Below are positions 1-9,798 of a DNA stretch of 64,000 nucleotides, in pieces (positions within the stretch are counted from its first letter, which is position 1; each line of letters opens with the position of its first letter). The DNA comes from Azolla caroliniana. Taxonomy: Eukaryota > Plantae > Polypodiophyta. The notes beneath the pieces were generated by a model. That model saw nothing but the letters and a program-made list of their open reading frames with translations. It was not told the DNA's origin and ran no database searches. A program made the position numbers and the translations under genes. Where the stretch lies: contig JBHGNT010000006.1 in assembly GCA_043228905.1 (NCBI GenBank), forward strand, positions 17,360,001 to 17,424,000. Reading direction: 5' to 3'.

Positions 1-832
1 GGACGCCAAATAACTCATGGCAGCCTTTCCACTGAACCGGCCGATCGTATCGATGATCGCCTCAATAGCCCTGCCAAGGGCGCCGGTGCCCTCGCGCGCG
101 CTCACTATCCGGTCCATGGCCGAAGCCATGGCCTCTGCAAGATCCGACCCCCTCATCTTCTGCTCCTCTACCGCCTTGTTCACGTCGGGTTCACCAAAGA
201 TGTCGCCTTACTACGCGTGTGCGTGGAGAAACGAGGCGGGACCACCGGGGTCTTGAACCGAAGAGCAGGTGATAGAAGGGGAAAGAGAAAGAGAGAGACG
301 CCCGGTTACGTATGAGCAAAGAAACACAGGGACACGGCCCGTCAACGCAGAAGACACGAATGGACACAGAGACAGAGAGACACAAATATTTGTATATTAA
401 CGAATGACAAATAAACCACAGAGCACGCGAGCGGTTACAAACGAACAGGCCGGCGAACAGATGTCGATGCCTGCTCATCTGCGCACGAAAGGGGATAGGA
501 TGGAGGTGCTGCCGGAAGCACACGGGCGTTCCTCGAAGCAGCGCGAGCCTCCCGAGAACCTGCAGAGAAAAGAGGAGAAGCGTTCTGTTTCGGTCCGACA
601 GCACTTCGTCCTCCTCAATGCGCTATCCCCTCTCCCCGCGTCTCCCTCTCTTTTATAGCTTCCAGAAGGGAGCCGTTTCCCTCATTAACTTCCTACCTAC
701 CAAATCTAACTACCCAGGATATACCTTTGTACCTAATTCTCTATTATATACATTAAAGGACGCGCACGCGTGAAGAGCCGGTTCACGCGCTCTATGCACC
801 GATTGCGCTAAGAGCCGTTTGTCTTCACGACA
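1..832 (-). mobile_element. 5' end of a tRNA-Trp-primed Ty3/Gypsy element (5' LTR 201-832, PBS 179-196, start of gag running off the left edge)
   Basis: LTR has TGTCG...CGACA termini and is homologous to the LTRs at 28734/38536. Minus-strand PBS is TGGTGAACCCGACGTGAA. Minus frame reads MRGSDLAEAMASAMDRI..., matching gag at 29414. It is inserted into the Copia protease region at 833. Confidence 0.9.
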
Positions 833-2659
833 ACGTATTCTGGACCGGAGGCATTAGTAGAAGTAGAGGGCAACATAGAATTCGCTCTATGTCTCATGAC
901 GAACATTCCGCCGCAATCGTCATAGTCGGAGTTGATGGCGTAGTTGGTGAGTTGTCGGCTGGTGGAAGCCGACTCGCGTATCTTCTTACGACATTCTTCT
1001 TTGTGGTGGCCAACTTTCCCGCAATATCCGCATTCGATTGAGGTTTGTCGGCTCGGACCGGAACGGGGGCTCCCCCTTCTTCAGAAGGTTCCCCGATGGC
1101 TTCCATCTTGTTGCCGTAATTGAGAGTCAATTTTGTAAATCGGTCCGCCTCGTCCTTGGCCAAATCGGCTTCTTCTTGCCCGGCCGCATCCTCTTGCTCC
1201 GTCCGAATGCGTGTAGAGCATTTGGCCATTCGAGGCGCCACCAGTCCGCATTGCGCCGAATCTTGGTGCAAGGCCACCGAGGCATATTTGCACCATCTCG
1301 TCATCCTCCACGTTTACGCTTATCGAGCCGAGTGAATCACAAAGCTCCTTGATCTTCAAGGTGTAGCCCGTGACGGACATATCCCTTTGTTGGATATTAT
1401 TCAACTGTTGGCGGAGTTGAAGCTTTGTCGCGGTAGTGTTGGTGGCAAAAATCTTTCGTAGATTCTCCCACGCTTCCTTCGGCGTCTTGCCTTCTCGAAT
1501 GTACCCCAGCATGTGGTCGTGAACACATGTCGCCAAGCAATACATCATTGGGCTTGCCACTTGCTCCCATGTTGCATAGTCGGCATCTTCCAGGTTGGGC
1601 CGATTTTCTTGTGCTGCTCTGATGTAGCTCCAATAGCCTTGTCCGACAAGGTATTGGTGCATCTTGTACTCCCAAGATGCAAAGTTGTTGCGATCCAACT
1701 TCTCGCTAGGGAGACCGCTCCCCATTTGAGTATTCATTGTCCATGTAGATTTCTTCCTTCTTTTCTTTTCCTTCTCTCTCGAACAAGAGCTATGTAGTCG
1801 CACTACGATAGCGATGAGCCGGTTCTTCTTGAATGTCGGCGTAGAGCACAACACACGATCACGATGAGGCGAGCTACCAAATCAGTCTGATACGATGTAA
1901 AGAATCAATGGTGATTCTTGTGTAGCGGAAGAGATGTGTGTTATGTGTATGTGTGAGAGGAAAGAGAAGAGGAGAGAAACACAAGATAGATAAGAGACAA
2001 ATTGAAGTACTCGAGAAGAAGGAGATGTATATTAACAAGGAGAATATGATAAATGAAAAATGTAGCATTACAAGGAGTCACAACCGACTTAATATGGAGT
2101 AGGAGGAGGGTGCTTTATATAGAGTCACCCTCTCTCTTCATTTACTCACTACAACGTTCACTCTCTCACTAGAGCCTTGAGGAATGTGAAGTCTTACGGT
2201 CATGGGGAATGTGGAACCATTAGTTAGGTGTCATAGAATATGAATCTATGAGACATAGTTTAATGTGTAGAGAGTGGTGGTGTGACTCTTGACCTTAGAG
2301 TAATCATAGATTCTCAAAAGGTGTGTTCAAACGAGCTTGATTCTCAACAAGTAGAAACTCAATTCAAAATAATAACACTTTGTACATACAATGTGCTCTG
2401 TGAGTACTTTTATACAAGACTCCTTAAAAGGACTCACCGAAGTACTGACAAGTACTTCAATGCTCATACGAGCGACTAACACTGACTCCTAAAAATATGC
2501 CTACATACTAAGCTAGATTTGCAGGCCTCTAACGGCCTACCAGTTACAATCCGATCCGGCTCTTGGTTCCGGACACCGATCCGATTCTTGATTCCGGACT
2601 CTGATCCGGCTCTAGCTTGTTCAGCCGATCCGGATCCGGTTGAGCTTGTCCGCTCAACA
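833..2659 (-). mobile_element. Ty1/Copia 5' fragment: gag/zinc knuckle pseudogene (833-1737), degenerate tRNA-iMet PBS (~1885-1895), 5' LTR ~1896-2659
   Basis: Copia gag motifs (KLDRNNFASWEYKMHQYL, KTPKEAWENL, C-x2-C-x4-H-x4-C). GTCTGATACGA resembles the reverse complement of TGGTATCAGAG. The LTR end resembles the Copia LTR ending at 27380. There is an 84-bp in-frame deletion relative to the copy at 43260-45255. Confidence 0.85.
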
Positions 2660-2959
2660 CGCCCAAAACAGAAGACCACACCTTCATTAACAAAACAGTC
2701 AATCCGTTACAACCATGCTCTGTGAGCATGTTATATACAAAGCCCTAGATCCCTCTCATAAAGGTTATGGGCTGACAGAAGTACATTCGGCTCATTCATG
2801 AGCACTAAAAACTAGCTGAGTTAAATTCTATATGTAAGAACATTGGCAGACCTAGTTGAGTTTGGTATCGCAACAAGAATATCAAAGACATGTACATGTA
2901 TAAGTACATGTATACGTACGTGTACGCATATGAATGTATGTCAAGATTATGATGGAATC

Positions 2960-3255
2960 GAGAACATGGTTTTAACGGTTTTTAAATTAAATTTTTTCTT
3001 TTAAAACAATCTTTTCATTTTCAAGCCATATTGTCACATTTTAAGAAAATCTTTAAAATTTTGAAAAATTAAGATTTAAAAAAAAAATGAAAGTTTTTAA
3101 TTTTGTAAAATTTGAATTTTGACCAAAGTTGAAAAAACAGAAACCGAATCATGAAATTGCGGTTTTAACGATTAAATGGTTTGACGGTTTGAATATTTTT
3201 AAACGGTTCGGTCTTGAGACTCTCGAACCAAACCAAACCAAACCGTTGCCGATTG
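2960..3255. mobile_element. Possible non-autonomous DNA transposon/MITE remnant (also at 45556-45851)
   Basis: AT-rich with clustered AACCG/CGGTT motifs reminiscent of hAT-MITE subterminal repeats; no clear TIR or TSD found. Confidence 0.3.
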
Positions 3256-3475
3256 TTAGAGGCCATACTACTCCGAGTAGAAGGTAAAGTTAAAATAAAG
3301 CGAAGCTTTCCAATGTGTGGTGTATTATACAAGGAATACATGGGATAGTGGTTACACATTTTTCGGATGGTCCCCGAAGACTCATCGGCATCCGTATGTG
3401 TATAGAATAAATGGGGGGTGATCCGGACAAAAGATGGCTTGTCCGGACAAATAATGAGGCGGGCATTCGGACATT

Positions 3476-4279
3476 TCAGAATTGGTCTCCTTGGAACGTC
3501 TGGCCGAAGCTCCAGCCTGCGGGCGCCACGTCGTACGACGTCAGCGTCCTGCCGTCGCTGGTGGTCACAGCGAACGACAGGCTCTGCCCGTCCAGCTTCC
3601 CGTTGCTCTGCCAGTTCTGGCCCCAATTCCGGCTCATGGCCATCCATCCTGTCTGCGAGCCCTTGACGGACACCGCCGTCACGTCTCCCGCACCGCCCAC
3701 GTTGGTGATGAGCACCAGGTTGAAGTAGGAGTGGCCGTTGACAGTGAAGCGGATGCCGCCCTTCTTGGCGCAGGCCACGCGGCGGTAGAGCACCGGCACG
3801 ATGCCGCCGCTGTACACCCCGATCTTCTCGAACGCCGGCTGCGCCATGTCGAAGTGCTCCCGCGGAGGGTTGCACCAGCCGCCGGCGTCGCTGGATTGGG
3901 CGGGGTTGGGCGGGCAGAAGTTAGTGGCGGTGACCACCACGCTGGAGGCGCCGCCTCCGCCGCCAACGCACCACTTGGGGTCGGCGGCGGCGTCGCACTT
4001 GATCTCGAAGCAGGCGCCGCAGCTGAGTCCGGCGTTGAAGAGCGCGGTGCTGAGGGCGGCGGTGTCAGTGCCATAGCCAGAGCTGTAGAGGTCTCCGTAG
4101 CCGCAGGCACCGCCCATGGTACCGGCCGCATCTCCGCCGCCATAGAAGGTGGCGTGGGCGGAGGTCCAGCTGCTGGGCAAGGATTGGGCGGCAGCAGGAG
4201 GAGAGGCCATGAAGAGAATGGCGGAGGCGCTCATGGCCATGGCCATGAGGAGGAGAATGAGATTGTTTGATGAGGCCAT
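3476..4279 (-). CDS. EXPA: Alpha-expansin (EXPA family), 267 aa, intronless, copy 1
   Basis: Signal peptide ([23 protein letters not shown]), [30 protein letters not shown] motif, C-terminal [13 protein letters not shown] at 4279 is the likely start within the 373-aa ORF. No stops or frameshifts. Confidence 0.97.
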   Translation of the reverse strand: MASSNNLILLLMAMAMSASAILFMASPPAAAQSLPSSWTSAHATFYGGGDAAGTMGGACGYGDLYSSGYGTDTAALSTALFNAGLSCGACFEIKCDAAADPKWCVGGGGGASSVVVTATNFCPPNPAQSSDAGGWCNPPREHFDMAQPAFEKIGVYSGGIVPVLYRRVACAKKGGIRFTVNGHSYFNLVLITNVGGAGDVTAVSVKGSQTGWMAMSRNWGQNWQSNGKLDGQSLSFAVTTSDGRTLTSYDVAPAGWSFGQTFQGDQF

Positions 4280-4366
4280 TGGTATGTGTATGTGTATGTT
4301 TGTATGGGGTTGGTTATGAATCCAAGATGATTTAGGAATACTTATAGCCTTGTGAGGGTCAATGAA

Positions 4367-4374
4367 TTTATATA
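4367..4374 (-). promoter_or_regulatory. Probable TATA box of expansin copy 1 (TATATAAA); the same motif is at 46963-46970
   Basis: About 90 bp upstream of the ATG, followed by a CA-rich leader. Confidence 0.6.
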
Positions 4375-6382
4375 CTAATCCACTAGTTTGATTTTGTGAA
4401 CATGCGTGTTTGATGATGTAACAAGACCAGAGAATAAGAGCGCGATACGGCTGCGCATGGCCCACTTGTCGTACGTATAATGGTCGTCTCGTCGTATATT
4501 GGCCTCTTTCGAAACCGACGAACGAGTCATTAATGATCACAAACTCTCGCCCCCACACCTTAGCTAGTTGGGTCACGTTCCACAGCGTAACACACAAACG
4601 TTTCGACCTGAGGGACCATGACCATGATTATAGATGGATTTAATGGCCATGTTCCGAATGGCATTCATTATTTATCCAATAGTGACCCATAGAAAACAAA
4701 TGGATGTAGTGGCTATTATTACCACCCTATTGATGGATTGGTTTTTTGTCGTTTGATTGTCAAACCGTTCTTTCGTACATACTTCCTCACATGGAATGAT
4801 TTACCTTTGGAGATCTTTTTGCAATGTTCTTTTTGGGGCAAAGTGTGTGGCTCACACATATGTGCACCTTATGGTGGGTGGGGTCCTACAACAGTTCATT
4901 CGGATCTACATGTTCTTCCTTAGCTACACTAGCCAGCTCAACATGGTGGAGTGATTCTCATTGGAATCTAGATTCACATCAACTGCAACTCAAATTGGAT
5001 TCTACTATCATGATTATCACATAATGACCAGACTATTACAATACGTACTCGCCAGCTTGATTCATGGAGGGGTGACCCAAGTCATTGGAATCTAGAGTTA
5101 CATCAAACTCCTCCTTAAGTTTTTGTTTCACCAAGTATTTACACATTCACGGCATGGATACATATCAGTACCAAACTTGAGCTGGCATATATGTCTAGAA
5201 TTGTATATAGTCCAACAATATTTGTCACTCTACATTCTCACCGTTTTTTTTTAAATGGCATGGATTTAGTAATGTGGGTTTTTCATAACTCCGTTTGTAA
5301 AAATATGACACACAAAAAACACTTCCTTAGAAATAAGCCCAATCCTTTGTCAATGGCTCACGCAAAAGTGCCTCCCACTTTACAAATCACTCAAGCCCAA
5401 CTTTGACTTATAAGGATCATCAAAGAACATAAAGCATTTATTTGCTTCATTGGGTTTATGGTTGACCAAACTATAGACGTAATTTGCAACTTTTCATAAC
5501 ATTTAGTTATTTTCAGAAATGCTTACACGGTGTGCACATATGCTTTCGAGTTCTTGTGGTACTCATGACTCAATCCATAACTTTCAAAATGTAGGTTATC
5601 AAAAAAGTAGTGTGTCCCACTTGTGCAAGTCTTATGGAATTCCAATGATATATCTAGTTTTCCGTGCACTTTTGTATGTCTCGACACATTGTTCTAATTG
5701 ATTATCATGCATGTGCGAAAAAGAGACAATTGCAACAACATCATCATGTTGTCCAAAAGACTAACATCCAAATTGATCTCGTCTAATCGTGGGCAAGTAG
5801 AGACATACATAAAAGGATAACGCAAGTGTTCCTAGTTAACAACTACAAACTATTCCTATAAAAAAACATTCAGTTCACCAACATTGATGGGATATTTTTA
5901 GGTAAAGCTATCTATCAATGTGATTGTCATGCCATGTGATAAGCAATAAGAATGATGTCATATAAGTGAAATTCTGATATCCCTAATCATATATGCATTC
6001 GAAAATGAAATAATATTTGGACGTATCTCTTCTAATATCCATTCATCTAACTCATTAGAACGCAACATCCATCATTGCAAAATTGTAATAACTCCTCAAA
6101 CAAGGACTTATTAGAATGAAAATATTGTGTTTGAATACCAAACTTGACGCTTGACAGCGATAAAAGAGTTCAATGCTCACACAAGAAGAGATCATATCAC
6201 AAGAATGGGAGGGCCCTAGTTCCTTGCCTATACTCCAATTTCTTGTAAGGTTAGAATACCGCAAACAAATAAAAAATGGTGGAGTCTTTGGAAAAGAAAA
6301 AATTACCGATTAATCCCATAAGATTGTGGCAAAGTAGAGTGTCAAAGTAAAGCTATATATTGACACACAAAGGAAGCCCAAT

Positions 6383-6606
6383 TTGTTAAGGGGCCCCTTT
6401 TTCCGAATATCCCGATCTGTACAACAGGGATGCCACTAACTCCATCCTTATTTCTATTATACGCCGAAGCACTCTCTTACTTTCTCAACTCGCGGCATCT
6501 CAACCTACGTGGTCTTCCCTTGCCTCATTCTAAGCAAAGCATCCTGGATATAGAATTTGTAGATGACACAACGGTCTACCTGCAAGGGAACTTGGAAAAC
6601 CTACAA
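6383..6606 (+). pseudogene. LINE (non-LTR) reverse transcriptase fragment, copy 1
   Basis: FRISRSVxQGCPL..LFLLYAEAL...EFVDDTTVYL corresponds to the L1-type QGCPLSPLLF and FADD motifs; 1-bp frameshift relative to copy 2. Confidence 0.85.
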
Positions 6607-6749
6607 CTTGGAGGTGCAAGGTTCAAATCCACACTTGCACTCCTGGTATATATATTTATTTATTTATATATCTATCCGGTCGTCGGATGCCGGTCGCCGC
6701 CGATTACCGCCGGTCACCGGATGACGCCGGTTACCGTCGGTCGCCGGAT

Positions 6750-8117
6750 GACTAGGGAGTACGAAGGGATAGAGAAAACCCGAGGTTTGCTTTATGACAA
6801 TACTACTTCCCGACGCCTTCCTGAGCAAGGGCTCTGTTGACCCTTTTGTGGGGTCGGTGGCTTTATGAGGAGGAGAGGTGCATGGGCAATCCTAGAATGC
6901 TCCCTTATCACAAGACGACCGAACGTACAAGCAAGACACAAACACACGCACAAATGCTCGTACGCCTTTATGAGGAGGAAAGGTGCATGGGCACACCCGA
7001 AATGCTCCCTCGTCACAAGACGACCGAACGTAAAAGGAAGACAGAAACACATGCACAAATGCTTGTACGCCATTATGAGGAGGAGACGTGCATGGCCATG
7101 CCCGAAACACTCCCTCGTCACAAGACGCCCGAACATACAAGGAAGACACAAACACACGCACAAATGCTCATACGCCTTTATAAAGAGGAGAGGTGCATGG
7201 GCATGCCCGAAATGCTCCCTCGTGTCAAGATGGCAGAACATACAAGGGGATGAGAATAAAGAAAGAAAGAAAAAAACACGAATGATATTGGCTAAAGAAA
7301 TAAATGTGTTCGATTCCACGCATGAGGACCCTTTATAAAATAGGGTTTGATTACAATTTGGCAACTTCTAGTTAACCACAAGCTCAACAAAACATAGATA
7401 ATAAATGCCTTTAGAGACAAAAGCAAATCCGAACACGGAGCACGAACATGAAGATGACGAACAAACGAGCACCCGAACAACGAGCACAAGGCCTCGCAAC
7501 GACAAATGGGGGCGAACCAATGTCCAACCAATGAAGCTCGGGCTCAGGAGCACCGTAAACGAGTACTTTTAGTGCCAACGTGAAGAAGACGAGCACGTGG
7601 CGTTGAGGGGATGAAGGGGTATGAGATGTAGAGAAATGGTGAAGATGAAGATGAAGAGCTCCGAAGGAAAAATGTCGATAGTCTCGTCCTCCCAAATGAG
7701 CCCACATGGACCTCCTTTTATAAGAAAAAAGGAAGTGGGGTCGCCAATTTTGTCTTCAATGCGAAAGGAATAATATTGCTTAAATCACGTTGCATTGTAA
7801 GACCGGATTTGAATTGTGCACCTCTAAGCTATAAATCAATGTGACTATCCAGTAGTCCATTAACGCTCTCTTATATAATATATAATTCTTTATCTACAAA
7901 TTCATAGCCTATCTCCTCTCTCTTACTTTTTACACAAGCTTTTGTACCTCCTTTTTACCCTTTCTTTTCCCTTTTCTTTTATATATGCAAAATTAATTGC
8001 CTTTGTGTGCACACACATTGCACATTCACATTTTGAACCCCCCTTTCGCCGGTTTTTCCCACACTCGAGCACGCCACATCATGACATTTACCCCCAGCAA
8101 ACCGCACATCCTCCGGT
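6750..8117 (-). mobile_element. 3' LTR (to 8086) plus PPT stub of a Trp-primed Gypsy; left end replaced by foreign DNA
   Basis: Homologous to LTR 49227-50886 and 62180-64000; ends ...CATGACA followed by TTTACCCCCAGCAAACCGCACATCCTCCGG (reverse complement of the PPT region). Confidence 0.9.
6861..7250. repeat. 105-bp tandem repeat within the LTR, ~4 units
   Basis: ATGAGG anchor recurs at 6865, 6970, 7075 and 7180 (degenerate); the ORF track shows 35-aa periodicity. Confidence 0.95.
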
Positions 8118-8255
8118 CTATTGTTGGAAGTTGAAATAAGAGAGCCTCTCTGATGTCCTTCCATGCCCTCAAAATACCTGTAAAGAATATCATAGAACCA
8201 ACATTATGAGCCTTAGTTGGAAATTCAAAGTTAAAGAACCATCGAAAATTCCCAC

Positions 8256-8661
8256 TGTTAATGGTGGGGGGGTGAAGCCAAGAAGGGCTCCACCCCCCCT
8301 CCTAAGGGGGTTATGTGTGAGGGAGAGAGAGGAAGAGAGAAATAGAGAATGACATAGAAAATGAGAGGGGAAAAGACTATATCATTATATGCCCCATAAG
8401 GGTTTTATATAATACATCCAATGTAACGGTTACATGACCGTTATAAATAAGACCGTTACGCATTTGTGTACACATGCACACAAATGTGCATGTGTTCATA
8501 CACACACACATACTCATCCTCACACACTCATTCATATTATACATACACATCAACCACATCATTACACATAGCCTTATGCCTCCCCTTATATTCTTACGGG
8601 TAATAGTAACCCCCTTGAGAGGGGGGTGGAGCCATTCTAGGCTTCACCCGCCATCCCAACA
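8256..8661 (+). mobile_element. LTR with ~55-bp imperfect terminal inverted repeats, followed by PBS-like TGGCATGCCCG (8669-8679)
   Basis: TGTT...AACA ends; left GGTGAAGCCAAGAAGGGCTCCACCCCCC..AAGGGGGTTA mirrors right TAACCCCCTTGAGAGGGGGGTGGAGCCATTCTAGGCTTCACC; internal TATAAATA. Confidence 0.7.
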
Positions 8662-9637
8662 ACGCTTTTGGCATGCCCGAAAGGCTGACCTCCCTTGAGA
8701 AGAGGTTCCTCATTCTCCCTCTCCATCACTAATCTCTCACCCTCCCTCTCTATGCCTCTACTTGAGAGTGTGATTTGTGCATGGACTCTTTATGTGAGAG
8801 CCAACATTTGATGGAGATGTCCACACTATGCCCTTTAGAAGAAGTCCCTCTCTCTCTCCCTCTCCACATGTTTCTCTTTGTTTCTATGTCAGAGAATGTT
8901 GTAGAGCGTACCTATGGCGAAGTGGTTTCGAAATATAAGAGATCCATAGTCCTTGAAAGTGGAGGAGCTCCACAAGAAGTGAGTGTCAATTACTTTGATC
9001 AATCCCACAAAGTCACTCAAGGTTCACAAAGAGAGGAAGATAAGATGCTTCATAAGCCAAACCCGTCCTCTAGTTTTAAACTACGCTTTGCCTTCCATAG
9101 CCTATTGATTCCAAGCTTCTTCTTCCTCTGATTCATTCTAATTCCAAGCCGCACCGTTATCTCCCTTTCTTCCCTTAAACCCTATGTTATGCCCTCGATC
9201 TAGAGCATCCTCATCTCCTCTGAATAGTTCAACATTGGAGAATGATTATATCTTAGATACTGATATATTCCACCATAAACACATCTTGAATACTCGACTT
9301 TCATCAAATCTCACCATCACTTCTTTACTCAACCTAAAAAGGCTTTGTCAATCTAAGCAGAGAACAACTATGCAAGACCATATGCAGAGAATGTCTTCTC
9401 GAATTTGATGGTGATGGCGGCAACAGAGGATGGCCCATGCTTGTTTCTTGTATAAAATGGAAAACAACGAGGTATGTTGTCTTTGATGATAGTGAGGATG
9501 AATAGAATAGTGAGGCAAAAGAGTTAAAAAGCTTCATGAAACTAGGAAGCTTCCATTGAGGGAGGCTACATGAATTTTATTTGATAAGGAGTTGGAAAAA
9601 TATCACATGCAAATGAGAGAAAGATGTTGCTGAAGAT

Positions 9638-9798
9638 GTCTTATTTATAACGGTCATGTAACCGTTACATGGGATATAACTTTTTCCCTCTCATTTTTGT
9701 GTTGTTCTTATTTTCACTGTCTTCTCCTCTCTCTCTATCGTAACCGCCTTGGGAGGGGGTTGGAGCCATTCTAGGCTTCAACCCCCACCCCAACAACA
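9638..9798 (-). mobile_element. Inverted partial copy of the 8256-8661 LTR family (left half)
   Basis: TTATTTATAACGGTCATGTAACCGTTACAT is the exact reverse complement of 8421-8450; the terminal repeat is also present. Confidence 0.75.

Larger units (their letters stand above)
833..8117 (+). repeat. Segmental duplication, copy 1 (partner ~43345-50917)
   Basis: Collinear Copia fragment + expansin + LINE fragment + Gypsy 3' LTR; offset 42512 on the left and 42596 across the core; ORF translations are identical between copies in several frames. Confidence 0.97.

Noticed and set aside
3165-4270. Overlapping 236-, 262- and 154-aa ORFs across expansin
   Set aside because: Shadow frames of a GC-rich CDS with no recognisable motifs.
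4560-4580. Root-hair element (RHE) in the expansin promoter
   Set aside because: TG-to-TCACG spacing is 2 nt rather than the 3-4 nt of the consensus.
4280-4597. 106-aa N-terminal extension of expansin in the ORF track
   Set aside because: Starts at a non-ATG codon, spans the TATA box and lies upstream of a clear signal peptide.
1896-8086. Expansin captured as cargo within a retrotransposon
   Set aside because: The flanking LTRs belong to different superfamilies and the gene lies outside both elements; the duplication extends into both, which fits segmental duplication.
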